From contig OZ024740.1 of assembly GCA_964016885.1 (NCBI GenBank), forward strand, positions 300,762,001 through 300,826,000: a DNA stretch of 64,000 bases. Reading direction: 5' to 3'. A model generated the notes under the pieces. That model was given only the letters and a program-made list of their open reading frames with translations, ran no database searches and was not told where the DNA came from. A program made the position numbers and the translations under genes. Position 1 is the first letter of the stretch, and every line of letters starts with the position of its first letter. Source of the stretch: Eledone cirrhosa. Its lineage: Eukaryota. Below, in pieces: positions 53,291 through 64,000 of this stretch.

Positions 53291-54174
53291 GTACTTTTAT
53301 AACATTCATAGTGTGTCGCTTATATTTTATGCATACTTTCCTATACACGCACCCAATTGATTCGTTTCTCATATGGATGTTTGCTGTCTTCTTTCTTTGA
53401 ATACAGAATTAAAAAGGAATTAATTCATATTCATTTTTCATTGTTTTATACGATCAAACTACATTAATATTTCTACTAAGGCAATACGAGATGATAATGG
53501 ATTTACTGAAAATATTATTGCCCTATATGAGTTGATAGGTTTAAAATTAATCTGCAAATTTTCTTAAATATCTTTTGATCTAGTCGCTCTTATTTCAGTT
53601 TCAATTACACTTTTCAGTAAATGAGTCACGTCGTATGTTCGTATGTCTCGAATTATATCGTAAATTCTCTCTCTACAGACATAATATCTTTATTAAAGAA
53701 AGAATCAAAGCAATATCACAGGAGGTGACATTCGTAGTAACACTGCGTTGAGAGCTTGCGTAGAAGGAAGAAAAATATAGAAGACTATAACAGAAACTTT
53801 TACATGATAGGAAAAAAAAGTTTCACAAGACACTAGAGAATTATTGTTTGTTCTGCACAGATTGTACGGAATTTTAAAGAATTAACATTGATTATTTGAA
53901 TCTTTTATTTATGTTTAGTTGGTGGATAGGACTATAGTCGCCACAGTCTGCTGGACTTGATCTAATCGGAATGCATTTCTAACACAATTTTATTGATTAT
54001 AAATAGCAGACAAAGAAAAAAAAAAAACAGTGTTGTCTGGCAAACTCCTTTTTGTTACCTTTTTTAGTAGAAACTATTTTATATAAAATTTCTTTATTTT
54101 GATACAATATATATCAGCTAGAGACATTTATCAATGACATATTCTCTACATATTTGCGTGTGTAAGTTTGGCGC

Positions 54175-54224
<50 letters not shown>

Positions 54225-54237
54225 AAATATGTATATA

Positions 54238-54305
<68 letters not shown>

Positions 54306-55264
54306 GATGTATATATGGCTCAGCGCCATATAATAAATTTCTCGAGACTCACATTGTGAAATACCGTCTGCTCGCTTGATTGGGGCCATGTCCATAAAAT
54401 AGCGAACAAGGAAAAGTACATCAAACAAGAAAATACATGGTAATAAATAGATGAAGGAAAATATAAAATGATAGAATCAATTATGAGTCCACCCAAAAAG
54501 GTATAAAACTTTGATATGAAAAATGAAACAATTTAAAGCATTTCAAACGAGAATGACAACAAGAGTAGGAGGGTGCTAATGATAACCTTTAAAATGAGAT
54601 TTAAGCTTAATAGATAACATGGTGTATACTAATTTCCTAATAAATCTCCAAACCTGGTGGAACATTTAATCTGAGGGGCGTGTTGGTGTATGCATGGGAA
54701 GTGTTTTTCTTTTTACTGAAAACGTATGCGCCTCCTGGGTCTATTGTTGAGGACATCAGTTAATTGTTAGTCTTTGAAGATCAAATGTATTAAAGTTTGT
54801 AGTTTTACGACAATATTGAAACAGCTCCTTTGCTCTGGTTGTTGTATTTCTGGCGTACGCCTCCTGGTGCGATGTGGCCGTAAGAGTTTTTATACAAAGA
54901 TATGCCAATTAAATCGAGGATAAGGGATACATATGAATATGCCTCATTCTTTAGATTTTTAAATAGAATTGGATTGAGTCAGTCATATAAATATGTTCTC
55001 TTTTTATCGTGTAGCAATATCTGAGACCTCAGTCTGCTAACTAAAATAAGAGAATAAGTAATAATTAGGTAATGAATATACAAAACAAATAAATATATGC
55101 TGCTTACTACTTGACATGTTGGACTCACGACTGTGCGGATGTGAGTTCCATTCAAAGTGGCTCGTTTTGTCCAGCAACAAGTCGTATTATTTCAACTTGC
55201 TCGAAACATTCAGCTGCCAAAATGATTAACACATGTAATTTAAATGACAAGGCTTGTCCGTATG

Positions 55265-55552
55265 CAGAGATGACTGCTCCGATATTACTTGCATGTCATG
55301 AGAATGTCTAGGAAATGAATCGCTGGACAGATTTTGCAGGCAAAACCAAAACAAGAGGCAACCACAAGGTTGCTAACATTCATCAGCTCGGCGTGTCTAG
55401 CTAAGGGATCCGGCTTGATTAGTTGGAGAGGATTGCGTGTGAAAGGATACGCTGGAGGAATTATCTGAGGACTCTGACCCCGCGAAATTGACAAGAAGAA
55501 GAAGAAGAAGAAGAAGAAGAAGAAGAAAAACAACAACAACAACAACAACAAC
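55265..55552 (+). mobile_element. Old RTE-like 3' fragment with (AAG)n(AAC)n tail
   Basis: LLRYYLHVMRMS..QILQAKP resembles the 52.7-kb element and ends in a simple-repeat tail. Confidence 0.55.
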
Positions 55553-56295
55553 CTGTATCATATTCTTTCTTTTGTAATAAATTAAGGGTTAACTCAGACG
55601 TTGAATGCTCAAGAACTCGCATGCTAATTTCATCAGTAGGCTGGTCTATTGTTAACAAATCCGGAACATTCGTAGTAGAACGCCGTAAAATTCCTTTGTC
55701 TGAACGTGATGCCTTCAAAGAAAGTATCTACATCCTATATGAATTAATCCCCTGTCAGGTTATTAACTCCAAATTTGAGTCCTCACGGGATATTTCCTTT
55801 TTGCCAAAGACATTAATACCCTTCAGTTACATCCCAATTCTTATTTCCATTTTTGCAAATACAAAGATTGTTCTTCACATACTATGTTTTCGTAGTATTT
55901 AATTTGGAGAAGCTAGCTGAAAAAGGATGTCACGAGTTCAGATTACAAAAACGAAAAATTTTCCGGCAATTGTAATTTAGTATATGTTTGTATTTGACGT
56001 AATATTTCCAGTAAACTCGGGACACGTTTGTCGTGTGCAGCTTTAAGTATCATAAATTAACTTAAACTCTTTATGGAGACGATTTTGATATCATGTCATA
56101 TATACGATTAGTTCTACACGTTTATCAGAATATAAAACACATACGCACACACACATACTCTCTCTCTTCTCTGACACACACACATGCACCATATATATAT
56201 AAAATATTATATACATTATATTATATCCATATATCTGTTTATGCATAGATGGTTCATTATGTATATATATATATATACATACACACACACACATG

Positions 56296-56350
<55 letters not shown>

Positions 56351-56352
<2 letters not shown>

Positions 56353-56466
56353 CGAAGGAAATGTGGTAACGAACCAGATGGACCATAACGCACCAAAGTA
56401 CTCAATACTTAGGGTAGTAGAGTTGGTAATAGGTACAAGTAGGACCCCGTCGGGGTCCTACTCGTT

Positions 56467-56470
<4 letters not shown>
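56351..56470 (-). mobile_element. Second, shorter copy of the 33841 hairpin-plus-tail element
   Basis: Same ~80-bp tail; 20-bp arms 56430-56449 and 56451-56470; (TA)n flanks. Confidence 0.8.
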
Positions 56471-56534
<64 letters not shown>

Positions 56535-56535
56535 C

Positions 56536-56636
<101 letters not shown>

Positions 56637-56639
56637 CAT

Positions 56640-56675
<36 letters not shown>

Positions 56676-57064
56676 GTGTGTGTGTGTCTACGTATTTTAT
56701 GTGTATGTATGAACGGTTTTCGTGTAATGTATCCAATTAAATAGACAATGTGTGCAGCAGTTAACTGACGACGGGAAATACTATAGCTGTCATCTGTAAA
56801 GGTCGGAGTAAATAAATGTCAACAATAATTGATGTAAATAACCCGAGTAGATGTAAACAGAATTAACCTTTGATAGAAATGGATTTATGTTGTCTGCGTT
56901 AAAATCAAGGTATTTTATTTCCTCTGTACTGCATTAATATATGGACAATATAAAGGTATGTATTTCAGAACAAATTAACCTGAAATATATATATACATCC
57001 AACCATCCACACATACATACACACCTCACATATAGGTATATATATATATATATATATAATATAA

Positions 57065-57100
<36 letters not shown>

Positions 57101-57309
57101 TAGTAAAAGGAAAAGAAAATGGTGACAAATGTATCCCAGTGAAAAATAGTTTAATTAGGAATAAGTATAGATTAGTAATAAGTATTGGTTAGTATTCAGT
57201 TTTAGTTTTAAGTTTTTATCGTTTGCGCATTTCTAATGCTTTTCAAAGATAAATTTGAGATAGAGCGCTCTTGATGTTTGCTCTAATCACGTGCGCTCTA
57301 TCTCAAAAT

Positions 57310-57383
<74 letters not shown>

Positions 57384-57385
57384 AT

Positions 57386-57505
<120 letters not shown>

Positions 57506-57974
57506 GGGGTTGGCATTTGTACAACCTCCCGGATGAAATACATGACCCGGCAAACGGCGGAGGAACTCAGAAGTGTCAACAGCCATCCATATAGTAGTTG
57601 TTTCGTTTTTGCATCTGGGTGTGAAATGCACCCACTGTTGTCGCAACACCTTACTAGAAGAAGGAAACTCTGAAAATAAAAACCTGCGTCTTCGTAAGCA
57701 TCCGATGATGTTGACCAGTTCTCTTTACGGGTATTGTTTTCGATGCTCAGAGAATGGGATTGGTCGAGTTTAAGGCCTTTCCCTACTTGAAAAATCTTTA
57801 AAGCACAGGCATTGCTTGTTATAAGTCCATGTGCCTGGCAGTAGACTAAACGTACACAAAACTCTATAATCTGTGGAGCGGTTGCAATACGGCTAGCAGT
57901 GTTTGAAGCCATCATATATACATATATATTATATTATATATAAATGTTTATTCTATATATATATTCATACATAC

Positions 57975-58034
<60 letters not shown>

Positions 58035-58313
58035 ATATTTGGGGAGGGTCATATTTGCGTAATATTGCCAGAATTAATAACAGAACACACTCACTGTTTG
58101 GTTGGTTTTCGCTTCTCGCTGTCTTTTATATATATATATCTGCGATCTAACTTACTCGGTCCTCAATGTTGCCATTGACTGACCGGCGGTCAAAAATAAT
58201 ACAGATACAATATAGACACAAACACATATATATATAGTTTACATAATTTACATAAATCTTTCGTTGCACATCTGCAACATCGTCAGTGGTGTTATATTCA
58301 TTGTTCCTCCAGG

Positions 58314-58859
58314 GTGGCGTCCCCTGGAGGGAAATTAGCTAACCAGTGTAGAAAGGCCCTGAGAAAGACCCACTTAAAAATAAAGGTGGTAGAAAAGCCA
58401 GGAACCACCATAAAATCCCTGATCAGCAAAACCTACCTTTTTAAGAAAACCCACTGTACCAATAGGAAATGTATCATATGTAAGGTGAACCCCCGGATAA
58501 ACTGTATAACTAGAAACGTAGTCTATAGCATAAGATGTACAGAGGGTACTTGGAGAAACATGACAACAACATACATAGGTGAGACAGCTCGTAGCATAGG
58601 TGAAAGGATAGACCAACACTGGGGGGAACTAAAAGGACGAAAAAACGGGTCAGTACTATACGAACATGCTAGACAACAACATGACGGTAACATAGACAAC
58701 ATAGAAATTAGAATAATATCTAAACATAGGAATGACCCAGCAGATAGGCAAATCAGAGAGGCCAGTGAAATAGAAATTAGAAGACCAAAGCTAAACAGAA
58801 AGAATGAGTGGAACAACAACAACACCCAAACAAACAACACTGACCTAAGAGAAGTATAA
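58314..58859 (+). pseudogene. PLE GIY-YIG endonuclease domain, C-terminal fragment
   Basis: CTNRKCIIC..CITRNVVYSIRC..YIGETARSIGERIDQH..RQIREA..LNRKNEW; homologous to 36170-36686. Confidence 0.9.
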
Positions 58860-59123
58860 ATAAGTAAATAAAATAAAATAAAATAAGATAAATAAATACA
58901 TACACAAGCACATAAACACACACTAGTAACCCAGCAGACACAACACTATACACACTAGTCACACATCACACATAACACTATACACACACGCAAACGCATG
59001 CGCAAAGAAGACAAAATAAAATAAGATAAACAAACAAGCAAATAAATAAATAAATATATAGACAGACTGAACAAAAAAAAAATGGCGTAGGCATACAACA
59101 CAACAGGAGGAACAATGAATATA

Positions 59124-59168
59124 ACACCACTGACGATGTTGCAGATGTGCAACGAAAGATTTATGTAA
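59124..59168 (+). ncRNA. Minimal hammerhead ribozyme candidate
   Basis: CA-CTGACGA-T-GTTGCA(GATG)TGCAAC-GAAA-GATT-TA-TG. Same position as the family 1 hammerhead with a fully covaried stem II; stem I is weak. Confidence 0.65.
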
Positions 59169-59859
59169 ATTATGTAAACTATATATGTGTGTTTGTGTCT
59201 ATATTGTATCTGTATTATTTTTGACCGCCGGTCAGTCAATGGCAACATTGAGGACCGAGTAAGTTAGATCGCAGATATATATATATAAAAGACAGCGAGA
59301 AGCGAAAACCAACCAAACAGTGAGTGTGTTCTGTTATTAATTCTGGCAATATTACGCAAATATGACCCTCCCCAAATATAACAATATCTGTTTCGACACA
59401 CGATTTCATATAAAAAACCTCGCAAAACTAATTCATCGCCGCTATATATATATATATAAAATATATATATATATATATATTTGTGTGTGTGTGTATGTAT
59501 GTATATATATATATATATATATATATTCATTAGTTAAGCAAAACAAGACCACACATTTCACAAGGAAGACATTATTAAAAGATTGTCAACATAGTTTTAG
59601 TTTAATGTAAGAAATGTAGAGAATAATAATAATAATACTAATAATGTCTGTTTACACTTGTTTCGCTACTTCATATAATGTTTCTGGATCAAATGATTAT
59701 AGATCATTATTGATCTGGTTCATTTGAAGATAATTAACTTAGGTAAAATTGGAGCTGTTCATTGGAACTTCAAAAGGAATACAAATTAAGTCAAAAATTA
59801 GTAAGATAGATATGTCCTTTGGTGGCCATCTTGTTACCCATATGCATATCTCACATAAT

Positions 59860-60043
59860 TGTTTCTAATTTAGGCACAAGGCCAGCAATTATCCAGGGCA
59901 TTACTGGTACTTTATTTTATCGACCTCGTAAGGATGAAAGGCAAAGTAAACCTCGGCGGGATTTGAACTCAGACCGTAAAGGGACTTAACTATGCTGGAA
60001 AGCATGGCATCCGACTCTCTACCGATACTGCCAATCCACCACC
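59860..60043 (-). mobile_element. SINE, full length, 16-bp TSD
   Basis: GCATATCTCACATAAT at 59844-59859 and 60044-60059. Confidence 0.95.
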
Positions 60044-60254
60044 GCATATCTCACATAATGCAGCCTCGATAGAAGAATATTGCTCGCCTATGGCAGACAA
60101 TAGGTATATCCAGGACACCATAGTGAAATACCAATATATGGAACATTACATTTATATTTCCTTTGAAGTTCGCTCTGGCTTCTAACTAATTCACCAATCT
60201 CTCTTCTTTCCTATCTCCATCTCTCTCTTTAAGATCGGTTACTCTTGAACTGTG

Positions 60255-60344
<90 letters not shown>

Positions 60345-60347
60345 CAC

Positions 60348-60425
<78 letters not shown>

Positions 60426-60428
<3 letters not shown>

Positions 60429-61400
60429 GCTCTTTCAATTGCACAGAGGGTTCTATAGAAATAGTGGACAACTTCCGTTACCTGGGTGACAAAATCAGCA
60501 GTGGGGGAGGGTGCTCTGAAAGTACAGTAGCTAGAGTCAGAACTGGATGGAAAAAGTTCAGAGAGCTTATACCACTATTAGCCGCTAAAGGGTTCTCCCT
60601 AAAAATGAAAAGCAGGCTGTATGATGCCTGCATACGAACAGCAATGTTGTATGGGCATTGTGTGCAGAGGATATACGCAGACTAGAGAGGAACGAAGCTT
60701 GCATGCTCCGCTGGATGTGTAATAGTAATATACGTGAACGGCAAAGCATTAACGAACTAAGGGAAAAATTAGAAATAAGAGGGATCAGATGTTGTTTACT
60801 CGAGAGAAGGCTACGTTGATATGGTCACGTGATGCGCATAAAAGACGACAGCTGTATAAAAAAGTGCAGGGTAATACAAATAGACGGTAGCCACGGAGTA
60901 GGCAGACCCAGAAAAACCTGGGACGACTTGATAAATTCAGACCTCACACACTTTCACCTCTCCAAGACAATGTCACTGGACCGAGATCTTTGGCGCTACA
61001 CAGTAATACAGAAGACCCGCCTTACCTAAATACAATGTAAAACCTACTACAGTCAGTAGACACCTCTAACAAAATACACCCCGCCCCGCTACCCCCACCC
61101 ATCCACACCGCCCCTTTCAATGTAAAGTTATGTTGGTACCACAACATCCAGGCCGAAACAAATGAGGGCGTGTAGGTGTCACGACAAAAAAACACACAGT
61201 CCACACTGTAATGTGGCCGTGTAGGTAACACGGTAAAAACCTCACAGTTCCACACTGTAAATGTGGTTGGTGTTAGGAAGGGCATCCAGCCGTAGAAAAC
61301 CCGCCAGATAGTCCTATACGAACAAGACAACCACTCTTGCCTCATGTGGGAAAACTCCCGTCCAAACCCATGGACGTTAAACGATGATGATGATGATGAT
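60426..61400 (+). mobile_element. RTE-clade LINE 3' portion with (GAT)n tail
   Basis: [48 protein letters not shown]; 3' UTR GGTTGGTGTTAGGAAGGGCATCCAGCCGT; tail 61383-61400. Confidence 0.9.
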
Positions 61401-61440
61401 ACACACACGCACACACACACACACACGCACACACACACAC

Positions 61441-61482
<42 letters not shown>

Positions 61483-61832
61483 ATATTAAATAAATGGAAA
61501 CTATATTCATAAATCCATATTTATTTTATTATATATATTTCAAGGGTACCAAGACAACATTGGTACGCTTTCATCAGATAAAATACAAAGTTTGTTTTAT
61601 AAATAGAGACATACCCATGAAAATCATACCATATCGGTTGGAAATTCACTGGATAGTGGAAATATATTAGGAATTATTCAAACTTATGAGTGAATATGCA
61701 AATGAATATGTAAATAATTGAAAAATGACACTGGAGAAAGAGAGAGAGAAAAATATAAGGGGATAAAGAGAAACAATATTACGAGAGAGATAGAGAGAAG
61801 AAATAGACAAGATATGATGAATAAAACTCATA

Positions 61833-62288
61833 TCTATATATTAATTTCAACAACGTCATTATTCCGTGTATCATAATTCTCGTTATCATTGGTTCATGGG
61901 TTTCAAACGACAGCGCTCACCTCAACGATGCCAATGAGGGAGTGAGAGGGGAGAGTAAGAAAGAGAGAGGCAAAGTGAACGCTGTAACTAATACCATGTG
62001 TGCGTGTGTATGTACGTATGCGTATTTATGCGTGTGTGCGTGCGTGCAGCGTTCCACAGAAAATAAAAGCAATTCGACTTTATCAAACAGTGACCTACAG
62101 CGGCGACGGCGTGCAGCCAATAATGAATAAAAACGGGCCAAACAGCGCCATCGGAATGCCGATCTTCAGAGGCGAAGACGTGCCGCCATGAATGAAGGGG
62201 AGCTGGCTGAACAACGCCAACGAAACACTGGAGCCAAGCAGTGACGGCGTGCTGCGATATTTGAAGACGAACTGGCTAAGCATCATCT
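61833..62288 (+). mobile_element. Helitron 5' fragment, internally deleted
   Basis: Starts A|TCTATATATTAATTTC and matches pieces of 62657-63447. Confidence 0.65.
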
Positions 62289-62301
62289 GTTATATTAATT
62301 A

Positions 62302-62656
62302 TCTATATCTACATATAATAAAAACAGATTGGAACATCCATCATCCTTTTGGGAAACGTGAAACAACCACGTCTATGCGACGATACACGTTTTACAGTCA
62401 GGCAGAAGATGAACCATCTCCTAGAGGTCACTATTCTAGGGGGGAGCACCTAGAATTGTTCATATACTATGCACAAACCGTACAACGCAGAATCTGGTAT
62501 ATCTGGAAGATTTCTTTTTACTGTTTTCTGTATCACACAGACACCACTGACTCGCCTCATACTGTAACCAGACAAACATCCAATACAGTCATTTTCTATT
62601 TTACCTGTCTTCTCTTATCATCTGTTTACCCGGGCGAAGCTGGGTACGTCAGCTAG
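62302..62656 (+). mobile_element. Non-autonomous Helitron
   Basis: 5' A|TCTATATCTACATATAATAAAA, 3' hairpin TACCCGGGCGAAGCTGGGTA, terminal CTAG|T. Confidence 0.8.
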
Positions 62657-64000
62657 TCTATATATTAATTTCAACAATGTCTGTATTCCGTGTGTCATAA
62701 TTCTCGATTATCATTGGTTCATAGGTTTCAAACGACTCCGTCCACCTCAATGATGCCAAACTTAAATTAATATGCATAATGCCAATGAGGGAGTAAGAGG
62801 GGAGAGTAAGAAACAGATAGGAAAAGTGAACGCTGTGTTGGATACACTATGTATATGTGTCAGTGTAGAGATGTGTGTGTGTGATGTGTATGGAAATAAA
62901 AGGGGAAGGAAAGCAATAACTATTAACATGCGTGCGTGTGTATGTACGTGCACGTATGTTTATGTGTGTGCGCGTGCGTTCAGCGTTCCAGAGAAGTAAA
63001 AACTATCAACATATGTGAGTGTGTGCGTGTGTGTAAGTGCCCGTACCTGTGTAAGTTTGCGTGCGTATGCGCGTTTCCATGCGTGTATGTGTGTATACGT
63101 GCGGCGTTCCACAATCGCCACGCAGTTTATCTGTCTGAGTACCTGTCTGTCAGTCTAACATACACAGAGTTGTGAAGGGAGTAAATAGGGACCTCTCTTT
63201 ACATTCGAAATGAATACTGATAATAAAAGCAATTCGACTTTATCAAACAGTGAACTACAGTGGCGACAGGGTGCAGCTAGGAATGAAGAAAAACGGGCCG
63301 AACAGCGTCATCGGAACGCTGAACTTCAGAGGCGAAGACGTGCCGCCATGAATGAAGAGGAGCTGGCTGAACAACGCCAACGAAACACTGGAGCCAAGCA
63401 GCGACGGCATGCTGCGATGGTTGAAGACGAACTGGCTGAGCATCATCAGCAGATGGCCGGAATTCCGCAGCAACGGCGTGCTTCGATGGATGAAGTGCTG
63501 GCTGAACAGCACCAGCGCAATACAGAAGTCGACTGAATGTGTCGCCAAACTGCTCCTCATTCCAGTAAAGAGGCTAGAAGTCGAACGGATGATATTAAAA
63601 ATGGATCATGACAACCGTGTCATTTTCATATTGGTGGACGAATATAGAGTGTCCACATTGTGGAGCATTGCTTTGGAGGCACAAAAAGACGTGGACCACA
63701 ATGCGCTGTCATAAAGGAGCAGTTCAACAAGAACCCTTGCGAATACCGGATGATGAGGAGTCACCGGAGTTTAAAATACTAAGTATGTGGGGTGATCAAG
63801 GAGACCGAGGTAGATTACTGCGCAAATATTCGCGGCAAATTAACAATTCATTAGCTTTAGCATCCTCAACGACGCCAAACTTAAATTAATATGCATAATG
63901 CCAATGAGGGAGTGAGAGAGGAGATTAAGAAACAGAGAGGCAATGTGAACGCTGTGTTGGATACACTATGTATATGTGTCAGTTTAGAGACATGTGTGTG
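62657..64000 (+). mobile_element. Helitron 5' portion with Rep-Hel N-terminal remnant, followed by an internal repeat
   Basis: TC start; charged repeats (EQRHRNAELQRRRRAAMNEEE) at 63210-63536; IECPHCGALLW..RCHKGAV..RKYSRQINNSLALAS at 63640-63865, resembling the Helitron N-terminal zinc motif. 63870-64000 repeats 62752-62880. Confidence 0.72.

Larger units (their letters stand above)
58030..59442 (+). mobile_element. Penelope-like element family 2, 5'-truncated, inverted terminal repeats
   Basis: Arms 58030-58310 and 59106-59386, tail at about 59388-59442, (TA)n flanks. Confidence 0.92.

Overview
AT-rich eukaryotic repeat-dominated DNA with no convincing host gene. The SINE type, RTE tails and dense (TA)n/(CA)n/(AG)n microsatellites suggest an octopus-like cephalopod, which is an inference only. 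(1) 4.9-26.5 kb is a nested array of seven non-LTR retrotransposons joined mostly by (AAT)n tracts: three copies of an R4/Dong-type RLE element (one with an uninterrupted 1130-aa ORF), two 3' fragments of a second R4/Dong-type family, and two minus-strand Tx1-like (L1-group) elements with (ATT)n tails. The array appears to split an old Penelope-like element within its Asn-rich linker. Both Tx1-like copies are fused head-to-head to a 5'-truncated Dong copy. (2) From 28 to 60 kb, Penelope-like elements and shorter remnants sit inside (TA)n tracts with a shared layout of inverted arm, spacer, arm and short unpaired tail; several carry minimal hammerhead ribozymes. (3) About 15 copies of a tRNA-derived SINE have a 3' end resembling the Tx1-like 3' end. 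RTE and CR1 fragments and tandem Helitron pieces are also present. Coordinates were read by eye and may be off by a few bases; clade assignments rest on motif recognition, not database searches.
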